A stretch of 64,000 nt of DNA from Utricularia gibba (taxonomy: Eukaryota > Plantae > Magnoliophyta): positions 3,348,001-3,412,000 of the forward strand of contig CM007992.1 of NCBI GenBank assembly GCA_002189035.1. Direction: 5' to 3'. Below the pieces are notes generated by a model. The model was not told the origin of the DNA and did not search any database. It was given only the letters and a program-made list of their open reading frames with translations. Position 1 is the first letter of the stretch. Every line of letters begins with the position of its first letter. This document shows, in pieces, positions 38,345 through 48,373 of this stretch. Position numbers and translations under genes: made by a program.

Positions 38345-40403
38345 GAATGCGCGAGTTTAGGGTTTTGTTGGGTGTGTGTCTGTGTGCGATCATGGGGTGT
38401 GTTATATAAGGTGGGGTGGGAGGAAGGAGAAGAGGACACGTGGAAGGATGACTGGTCAACCTGGTTTCTTTGAAGCCCTTGCTGCTTTTTTGAACAGCTG
38501 GGACGATGATTCCTGCCTCCATTTGTGTGTTGAATAAATACTCTGTGGACGGCCACGACGGAGCTACCTTGCCACCTCACTCACTTCACACACTGGTAAC
38601 TGCTCTCTAACTGGTATCAATTCATTTTATTTGAAATTAAAGATTGTTAAAAAAAATATAAATCACATTCCAAAAAAATAGATCTAATCAATAACGAAAT
38701 ATAGAGTAATCAAAAGGGAAGACTTTATTTTTTGGTTTATATATATAATTTCTTAGGAGCCTAGATTACAAATTGAATTTTTTTGATTCAGTGAAGATTT
38801 GTTTTTTTTTTTGTGTGTAACTATAGGTATTACTTAAATTATAAATTGATTTAAGTTTTGTCGCATAAATTTGATATATCTTACTGTTTTTCTTGTTTTT
38901 TTAATCAAAACTCAGATTAATATGAAGCTTATCTTGGGTGCACTAGTCTTGTTACAAAACAAATGTTGTGATACCTTTTTAAAGTTAATGATTCAATAAA
39001 TTAGATATATGTATAAATTATAAATATACAATAAATATGAACTATATTCGAATAGAATAATATCTAATGAATTACTAATGATTATTTCAAACTAATATAT
39101 CATTTTAATTTTATAATACATGCTTAGTATTAGAATACACAATATCACATCAAAAAATAAAAATGATATAATCAAGTATATAAAAAATTATAAATTATAA
39201 ATAAATAATTAAATTTAATTTTTTCTATTGTAATTAACGTTTATTATGTACTTGGATTTCACGTGTTTACTCAACTCACCCCATGTGATTCTCAATTTCA
39301 ACACTTAATACTACCCATGAGGAAGACAACAGATCCCTCAGAAATATCCATTCCCATGTACCAATAACAACAGCAACTGATAGTCAGCTAACCAGAGAGA
39401 CTGTGCCACAGTGACTCCTCCAGTCCAGTCCTCCGTGTTACTGCTGCATATTCTGTTTTTGTGAAAGCATAATCTTGAATTTTCAACCATTTCGAGCCAC
39501 CCAAATGCAGGATAAAGGAGAAAATAACTCGGACAGAAGTATGATCCAAGGAATATTGAGACCAGAAAGTTTTCTTCCCGGGCTCACGTGCAGGGACTTG
39601 TTGGTCAAAAGTTAGTCATTCCTCTTCAAAACCATCTCCTCTCCTTTCTCTTAGGACTGTTATCTTTCAAGAATTCTGAGATCCGATTTCCAGATTCGAT
39701 CCTGGATGGGAGAAGATTCGCCTATTGTTTTGAGAAAAAAACAATGGGAAACAGTCGAAGGAAAACCCTCGCTGCATCGGTTAAACTACGCTGGCCAAGG
39801 AGCTTGGAGCAACTGTTATTAGCTTCGTCTGTGTATTTCAGTTTCTGGGATCCCGAGGAAGAAGACGTTGTGCCCAAACCCCACGCCGACTTCAAAACAT
39901 GGAAAAATAATCACATGCTGAATTTTTGATTGAATATATGTGTTTGGCAACAAGAATATTTTAATATCTTATGGTTTATCTCCTTTTTTTCATATACCAA
40001 ATATTGAAATTTCTAAAATAAACATGTTAAATATTTTAATAGTGCATTCCTTTGTATTACTAGCTTTTCAACCAAGCGTGATGACCAATTATGCGAATCA
40101 ACGATTCCTTTCATACACGTAGAAATAAAGCTAACCTGTCTAATCTAAAGATGAGATTTGTTTTAATTGGTTTTATTTTATATCGATTTGTTTGAATATA
40201 TATAAAAAGGAGTAAGATTATATTTATATATATATTGATAAAAAATACATACACATTCTCATGTGGATTTAAAACCATATACACACAATTATTCTCATTT
40301 AGATTTGAAAGACCAAAAACTTGACATGTGATTATATGTACAAAAGTGTAATTTTATGATAAAAAAATGAAAGGTATAATAGTTTCAAAGTGTATTATAA
40401 AAA

Positions 40404-40763
40404 GAGAAAAATCAATTTTCTTAATCATAATGTTTGTTTCATTTTTATTTTACAATTGAATATTTTGACTTGTATAAAATACAGTCAAAACTTTTATCAA
40501 TAAACTCATTTTATGACATTACATTCAAAAACTCGTTGTAACTAACTAAACATTGTATCATTCACTTTCATTTCTTTTTTGATTAAATAATTATATATTT
40601 TTTTCAAATAAATCATAAAAAATTTTAAATTATATTTTCTGAATTATATTACAAGTGTGAAAATTTATTGATAAACTTTTTAACTGAATTTTACATAAGT
40701 TAAAATATTCAACTGTAAAATGAAAATGAACCAAATATTATGATTTAAAAAACGATTTATCTC
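40404..40763. mobile_element. 360-bp Mutator-type fold-back MITE with 9-bp TSD TTATAAAAA
   Basis: Long imperfect TIRs (GAGAAAAATCAATTTTCTTAATCATAATGTTTG.. / ..CAAATATTATGATTTAAAAAACGATTTATCTC). TSD at 40395-40403 and 40764-40772. The paralogous site in unit 2 (45937-45945) has a single TTATAAAAA. Confidence 0.88.
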
Positions 40764-41187
40764 TTATAAAAATACATATGTTTTGATAATTATGTATGTT
40801 TGGTAAAAGTATTATTATACATTTAATTTGTAAAAAAAAATTATATAAATTATATAATTATGTTTTTTAAAATTTTATTGCTATCTGAGTTTTCCTAATT
40901 ATCCAAGAGTTGATTTTTTTTGATTTTATTTATATAAATATACGTCATGTGATTAAAATTAAAATAATATTTTATATATTTTCAATAATTCAATTATTCA
41001 GATAAAATATTTATATGAGTTAAATTCATATCCGGATCTGGCTTGTTTCCATATTAAGTAAGCATGATATGGAAATTCTGATACCGTATCTCCTATATTT
41101 AGATTTTTAATAAATAATCTAAAATCCTGCAAAATTTCTCCTTGATGGAAAGAACACGATGGATACAACGAAGGTAAAACCATGGAG

Positions 41188-41871
41188 TCAGGCGTCGGTG
41201 GGGAGCTCCAGCCGGCAACAGGGGCAGCTATGGCCGACGCTGAGCCACTTTGTGATGCATTCTTTGTGGAAGAAATGTCGGCACGGCATCTCGAAGCCCT
41301 CAGCGTCATCAGCATACTCCTCCAGGCAGATGGGGCAGGAATCCATGATCGAAGACGCCGCCGTCGTGCTCTTCAGCGCCGCCGCAATGGCCGACTCCTC
41401 CGCCCTCACCGTCACCACGGCATCGTCGTCCATGGACTGCAGCACGGTCTCCGTCTCGGAATCCACGTTGAGATCAACGCCGATGCGGTAGTTGAGCCAG
41501 AAGCGGTTACAGTTGGGGTGCAAGTTCCGTATTGCGCCGGAGCATGAGTAGCAGATATGACAAATTAGGAATTCCTGGACGTACAGGGGTACATGGGCAT
41601 CCCACGCCTCCCATTCTTCTATGCGGCGCCTGATGGCGGGTCCGATGGCCGCGGTTGTTGGGTCGCTGCGCTTCACGATGATGGATAACTCCAGCGGCGC
41701 CAGACGGACGGAACTGAGGATGGTGCCCATGCTCCGCACGGAGGATCGGATGATGATGCCGAGGCTGACCTCCACGTCATCAGAGCTCTCTCCGGTACGG
41801 CGGAAGGCGAAGCTTTCTTGCGCGGAGAAGGAGACCGAGTCTTCGCCGTTGGAGAAGAGGATCTCGTTCAT
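41188..41871 (-). CDS. Intronless C-terminal RING-H2 E3 ubiquitin ligase-like protein, copy 1 (227 aa)
   Basis: CPICLEEYADDAEGFEMPCRHFFHKECITKWLSVGHSCPCCRLELP (C3H2C3 spacing). Confidence 0.88.
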   Translation of the reverse strand: MNEILFSNGEDSVSFSAQESFAFRRTGESSDDVEVSLGIIIRSSVRSMGTILSSVRLAPLELSIIVKRSDPTTAAIGPAIRRRIEEWEAWDAHVPLYVQEFLICHICYSCSGAIRNLHPNCNRFWLNYRIGVDLNVDSETETVLQSMDDDAVVTVRAEESAIAAALKSTTAASSIMDSCPICLEEYADDAEGFEMPCRHFFHKECITKWLSVGHSCPCCRLELPTDA

Positions 41872-42682
41872 GCTTCTTATCTTCTTCTGTTCACAGTATG
41901 CATAATGCGGGAGACTTGAGCGCTTTTATAACAACAAGAAGAAGAAGATATGGAAACAAATCAAGTATTATGGAAACAATTAGTTATAAGATTGTGATTA
42001 CACCTTTTTAATCTAAGTAAATCTAGTTTTGTTGAGATTAATAAATAAAAAAATATTTTTAGATAAAAAAGTATATCCTTGCATTATAATAATGGAAATT
42101 AAAACTGTTTATATCAAAAAATAGTGAGAATTGAATGTACAATTTTCATTTAATATAGGAGGTGTTTTGTTTGTTGAGGTAATTTTGTTTAATTTTATAA
42201 ATTTTTAATTTTTAGATGTTTTATAGTAATATTAGAAATTCATATTCCGTAATTAATTTCAACGATTATTAATTTTTTTGAATTTTTGTTTCAAAAATTA
42301 AATAAAACATTAATTAAAAAATTATATTATTAACTTGTTATTTATTCTAAAAATATATGTATATTATAACATTAAATTTTATAATATTATTTTTTATTAA
42401 AATTTATTATATAATTTTATATTATATTATAAAACAATTTTACAATTTTAAATTGATTACGTTTACATAATTTTTATTATGATAAATAGTTCGAAATTCT
42501 AAAATAATGCGGCTGGAGCGAAAGGGAAGCCGAGCCGAGTCAAACCGCTCAGCTTGACTAACTTGCCTGTTTAATCCACGTGGCTTCAATTTATCCAATC
42601 ATAAAATTCTCTCTCACGCAGATCACACGCACCAAAAATTAAAATCTCAAGAACAAGAAAGTTGATTTGGAATGATCTGGAA

Positions 42683-42928
42683 ATGGCGGAGGAGAGGAAT
42701 ACGAAGGCATCGGCGGGGCTTGAGCCGAGCAGGTTGCAGCGGAGAGCTCCAGCGTCGATTCAGATCGCTCCGGCGAAGGAATGGAATGTTGCGATCCCCC
42801 TTTTGACGCCGTTGATCCATCGCCGACATCAGAGATTCCGACTATGGGGGACATGGTCAACGGAAGAAACGAAGCCACGGTTGCCGAGACGGATAAGTCG
42901 CCGCCTCCTTCGTCATCTCTGGCCATAA
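42683..42928 (+). pseudogene. 3'-truncated copy of the PRP-like gene at the duplication junction
   Basis: MAEERNTKASAGLEPSRLQRRAPASIQIAPAKEWNVAIPLLTPL.. matches 47834 onward but ends at SLAI and lacks KWQHPAAPF. Confidence 0.75.
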
Positions 42929-43550
42929 GGTTTAAATACTTACATAAGGTTTAAATATATGTAAAAATATGAATCACATTCTAAAAAATTAGTTTAATCA
43001 ATAACAAAATATAGAATAATAGAAAGGTAAGCCGTTATTTTTTTGGTTTATATATATATAATTTCTTAGTAAGATAGATTATATCATTAGATGGAATTAA
43101 TTACTAATAATTTATAATATATATATATTTTTTATTTATTTATATTATTTTAATTTCTTGTTTGATATAATATTCAAACTTGAGTCAAATTGGATTTTTT
43201 TGATTCAGTGAATATTTTTTTTTTTATGAGTGTAACTATAGTTATGACTTAAATTATAAATTGATTTAAGTTTTGTTGCATAAATTTGATATATCTCATT
43301 GTTTTTCTTGTTTTTTTAATCAAAACTCAAATTAATATGAAGCTTATCTTGGATGCACTAGTCCTAATACAAAACAAATGTTCTGATACCTTGTTGAAGT
43401 TAATGATACGATAAATTAGATATATGTAAAAATCACAAACAAACAATAAATGTGAAATATATTGGAAAAGAATAAAATCCAACCAATTACTGATGATTCA
43501 TCCAAACTAACATATCGTTTTAATTTTGTAATACATGCTACCAATTACTA

Positions 43551-44836
43551 ATGAAGTTCTTCTGGAACGGATCTAACATCACGACCCAGAAGATCACCTG
43601 GGTGGCATGGGGACAAATCACTAATTCCTATGAGATAGGGGGTCTGAACATTACACCGTTGCAAGTGTCGAATATTTCACTGCTAGTCAAGTGGTGGCGG
43701 CGGCTTATGGAGACGGGTGGTACTATCCATCTATGGTCGAGGAGGTGGACTCAATTGCAAATTGGGTTCTAGAGTACGTACTACTACATGGGGGAGGATA
43801 GTATCTATTTCGGCAACTATAAAAAAAGATTGGCCAACCATTGACATTAATAGGTGGTTCAAACACACATGGGGGGACGGATCACAGGTCCGTGTGTGGG
43901 AAGACTCCTGGGTTGATCTAGAGGGGACACTTAGAGATCGTTTTCCAGAACTCTATAGGATAGTTTTGCATAGACAAGCTACACTAAGTGAAGCTTGAGA
44001 ATGGGAGGCAGGGAATATTATGGAACATTGATATCATAAGAGTTCCCTCCAACAGTCATGGAGGAAAGACTAGAATTTTTAGCAATGATTAGAGACTCAA
44101 AAAACGAGCGAGAAAACAACTCTTTGTTGCTGGACGATCACTGATCAGGAGCAAGATTTGTCCACTTTAGTGAGGAGTGCACAACCCACAATATCAAGGA
44201 GCTTCTTAGACCTCCAAGAGCACACACGTCTCCCTCCATCCCACCCTTTTTTGGTAAGGAGTGGAACATGTATCCTATTAAAGTGAGGATTTTTGTGTGG
44301 CTATTAGCTCAAGAACAGTTGCCAACGAAACTGAACTTGATGGCAAGAGGGGTAGCATTGAGTGATGTTATGTGTAGTAAATGTCACAGGACAGAGGAGA
44401 CTGGTCTACACATCGAGTTCCACTGCGGCGAAGCTCAAACATTATGGACTGATATATTCCACTGGCTGCAGTGTGATGTTCAAAATTGGGATGCTTCTAG
44501 ATGGCATTCAAATATCCCAGCTCCATATCACTCTACAGGTTTAAGGAGCGTCTGGAAGGTGGTGCTCGCTTCTACTCTATGGCTACAATAGAAGGCTCGG
44601 AATTATAATGTATTTAGTGAACATCAAGATGCGCATCTTCGATTGCAGGGGGTAAATTTGAGAGATGTACAAGTAATGGCATTATCATGGCTACAAGGGA
44701 GAACACGAAGGAAGCACATCCCAGCTTTCTTATGGCTTTGTAACCCCTTATTAGTGGGAGGCAGCGCCTAAAATATGTAATTTGTTCTCTCGTTTAAAAA
44801 AAAAAAATCAATTTAACAGTAAAAAAAAAAAAAAAA
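43551..44836 (+). mobile_element. 5'-truncated, decayed L1-type LINE (3' end of ORF2) with poly(A) tail
   Basis: FFWNG..WVAWGQI..GGLNI..NISLLVKWWRRL; zf-RVT-like IKVRIFVWLLAQEQLPTKLNL..CSKC..E..LHIEFHC. A-tails at 44797-44836; degenerate 14-bp TSD GCTACCAATTACTA (43537-43550) / GCTACCTAGTACTA (44837-44850); absent from unit 1. Confidence 0.88.
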
Positions 44837-46281
44837 GCTACCTAGTACTACTACCCGTGAGGAAGACAACAGATCCCTCAGAAACATCCATTCCGATGAA
44901 CCCATAACAACAGCAACTGATAGTCGGATAACCTGAGAGACAGTGCCAAAGTGACTCCTCCAGTCTAGTCCTTAGTGTTACTGCTGCTTATTCTGTTTTT
45001 GTGAAAGTGTAATCTTGAATTTTCAACCATTTCGAGCCACCCAAATGCAGGATAAAGGAGAAAACAACTCGGACACAAGTATGATCCAAGGAATATTGAG
45101 ACCAGAAAGTTTTCTTCAGGGCTCACGTGCAGGAACTTGTTGGTCAAAAGTTAGTCATTCCTCTTCAAAACCATCTCCTCTCCTTTCTCTTAGGACTGTT
45201 ATCTTTCAAGAATTCTGAGATCCGATTTCCAGATTCGATCCTGGATGGGAGAAGATTCGCCTATTGTTTTGAGAAAAAAACAATGGGAAACAGTCGAAGG
45301 AAAACCCTCGCTGCATCGGATTAAACTACGCTGGCCAAGGAGCTTGGAGCAACTGTTATTAGCTTCGTCTGTGTATTTCAGTTTCTGGGATCCCGAGGAA
45401 GAAGACGTTGTGCCCAAACCCCACGCCGACTTCAAAACATGGAAAAATAATCACATGCTGAATTTTTGATTGAATATATGTGTTTGGCAACAAGAATATT
45501 TTAATATCTTATGGTTTATCTCCTTTTTTTCATATACCAAATATTGAGAATTTCTAAAATAAACATGTTAAATATTTTAATAGTGCATTCCTTTGTATTA
45601 CTAGCTTTTCAACCAAGCGTGATGACCAATTATGCGAATCAACGATTCCTTTCATACACGTAGAAATAAAGCTAACCTGTCTAATCTAAAGATGAGATTT
45701 GTTTTAATTGGTTTTATTTTATATCGATTTGTTTGAATATATATAAAAAGGAGTAAGATTATATTTATATATATATTGATAAGAAAATACATACACATTC
45801 TCATGTGGATTTAAAACCATATACACACAATTATTCTCATTTAGATTTGAAAGACCAAAAACTTGACATGTGATTATATGTACAAAAGTGTAATTTTATG
45901 ATAAAAAAATGAAAGGTATAATAGTTTCAAAGTGTATTATAAAAATAAATATGTTTTGATAATTATGTATGTTCGGTAAAAGTATTATCAAATATACATT
46001 TAATTTGTAAAAAAATTCCAAGATTTTATTTATATAAATATACGTCATGTGATTAAAATTAAAATCGTATTTTATATATTTTCAATTATTCAGATAAAAT
46101 AGTTTATCTGAGTTAACTTCATATCCGGATCTGGCTTGTTTCCATATTAAGTAAGCATGATATGGAAATTCTGATACCTTATCTCCTATATTTAGATTTT
46201 TTAATAAATAATCTAAAATCTTGCAAAATTTCTCCTTCAGGGAAAGAACACGATGGATACAACGAAGGTAAAACCATGGAG

Positions 46282-46964
46282 TCAGGTGTCGGTGGGGAGC
46301 TCCAGGCGGCAACAGGGGCAGCTATGGCCAACGCTGAGCCACTTTGTGATGCATTCTTTGTGGAAGAAATGTCGGCACGGCATCTCGAAGCCCTCGGCGT
46401 CATCAGCATACTCCTCCAAGCAGATGGGGCAGGAATCCATGATCGAAGACGCCGCCGTCGTGCTCTTCAGCGCCGCCGCAATGGCCGACTCCTCCGCCCT
46501 CACCATCACCACGGCATCGTCGTCCATGGACTGCAGCACGGTCTCCGTCTCGAAATCCACGTTGAGATCAATGCCGATGCAGTAGTTGAGACGGACGCGG
46601 TTACAGTTGGGGCGCACGCTGCCTATTGCGCCGGAACATGAGTACCGGATCTGAGAGATTAGGAATTCCCGGACGGGCAGGGGATATGGACATCCCACGC
46701 CTCCCATTCTTCTAGGCGGCGCCTGATGACGGGTCCGATGACCGCGGTTGTTGGGTCGCTGCGCTTCACGGTGAAGGATAACTCCAGCGGCGCCGGATGG
46801 ATGTTACTGTGGATGGTGCCCATTTGCCACAGCGAGGATCGGATGAGGAATCCGAGCTTGACCACGACGTGATCGGAGCTCTCTCCGCTACGGCTGAAGG
46901 CGAAGCTTTGTTGCGTGGAGAAGGTGAGCGAGTCTTCGCCGTTGGACAAGAGGATCTCGTTCAT
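46282..46964 (-). CDS. RING-H2 protein copy 2, with an apparent 1-bp deletion in the G run at 46680-46683
   Basis: Two ORF-track frames together match copy 1; adding one base to the homopolymer restores HIPLPVREFL. Confidence 0.8.
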
Positions 46965-47833
46965 GCTTCTTCTCTTCGTCTGTTCACAGTATGCACAACG
47001 CGGGAGACTTGAGGGCTTTTATAACAAGAAGAAGAAGAAGATATGGAAACAAATCAAGTATTATGGAAACAATTAGTTATAAGATTGTGATTATACCTTT
47101 TTAATCTAATTATTTTATTTTATTCAGTTATGTAATATTTTATATAGTATAAATGTTATTCAAATTTTATATTCAAAATTATGTATATCTAGTCTTTTCA
47201 AGAATAATAAATAAAAATATTTGTTGATAAAAAAATATATCTTACATTATAGTAATGGAGATTAAAAATGTTTGATATAAAAAATAGTGGGAATTGAATG
47301 CACAATTTTCGTTTATCCTATTCTATATTATTAATTTTTTGAAATAATTATGTTTAATTTTTAATTATTCTATAATAAAATAAGACATTCAGATTCTATT
47401 ATTAACTTTATAAATTATTGAATTTTTTTCAAAGATAACATAACAGAATAATTATTAAAATTATATTTCTTATTTTTTATTTATTCTAAAAATATATTTA
47501 TATGATAATATAATTTAATATTTCAAAATGTATATTGTATATTTTATTAAACTTTATTATAATATGTTATACGAAAAATCAGTTTTAGAATTTCAAGTTG
47601 ATTTTATTCATATAGTTTTAGCTAATATAATGATACGTAGTTGGAAATTCTAAAATAATGTGGCTGGAGCGAAAGGGAAGCCGAGCCGAGTCAAACGGCT
47701 CAGTTTGACTGACTTGCCTGTTTAATCCACGTGGCTTCAATTTGTCCAATCATAAAATTCTCTCTCAAGCAGATCACATGCACCAAACATCAAAATCTCA
47801 AGAACAAGAAAGTTGATTTGGAATGATCTGGAA

Positions 47834-48151
47834 ATGGCGGAGGAGAGGAATACGAAGGCATCGGCGGGGCGTGAGCCGAGCAGGTTGCAGCGGAGAGCTC
47901 CAGCGTCGATTCAGATCGCTCCGGCTAAGGAATGGAATGTTGCGATCCCCCTTTTGACGCCGTTGATCCCGATTATGGGGGACATAGTCAACGGAGGAAA
48001 AGAAGTCGCGGTTACCGAGACGAATAAGCCGCCGCCGCCCTCTTCGTCTCTGGCGATCAACAAGTGGCAGCACCCGGCTGCGCCGTTCGGGTTTGATCCG
48101 CCTGAGATGCCGTTTGTGCCTTTTTTTTGTACCGGGAACCTCGGCCGATAA
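47834..48151 (+). CDS. Small Pro/Ser-rich MAPK-substrate-like protein (At3g23170 PRP / At4g14450 / At1g04330-like family)
   Basis: SRLQRRAPASIQI, WNVAIPLLTPL and KWQHPAAPF..PFVP motifs, recognised from memory. Confidence 0.75.
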   Translation: MAEERNTKASAGREPSRLQRRAPASIQIAPAKEWNVAIPLLTPLIPIMGDIVNGGKEVAVTETNKPPPPSSSLAINKWQHPAAPFGFDPPEMPFVPFFCTGNLGR

Positions 48152-48373
48152 GTATTCTTTTTCTTTTCTAATGTTCATATGTTTCAAAACTTTTAAAATC
48201 AACGAAGTCGCTAGCCTTTCTGGATCCCTCTTGCTTATACTCACATTGCTTGCCACTTGCATCTCCGAGGAGGTGGACGTTGAGGTTGAGGGTTGGAATC
48301 ATACCCTGTGGCTGGCGTGATTTGAGAAAAAACAAGCAATAACCTGCAATGATGCTGATTAAAGAATGCATGT

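Larger units (their letters stand above)
38640..42928. repeat. Tandem segmental duplication, unit 1 (~4.3 kb)
   Basis: Same order of blocks as unit 2: AT-rich block, CTACCC(A/G)TGAGGAAGACAACAG block, RING gene, PRP-like gene start. Confidence 0.9.
42943..48055. repeat. Tandem segmental duplication, unit 2 (contains a LINE insertion)
   Basis: Colinear with 38640-42928. Confidence 0.88.

Noticed and set aside
37950-38522. 190-aa ORF enclosing the ERF in another frame on the same strand
   Set aside because: Its ATG lies upstream of the ERF TATA box (~38403-38410), so it is unlikely to be in the mRNA. It has no recognisable motif, and stop-poor alternative frames are expected in GC-rich CDS.
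41159-41905. Plus-strand ORFs opposite the RING gene (also 46162-46641)
   Set aside because: Antisense shadows of a GC-rich coding region.
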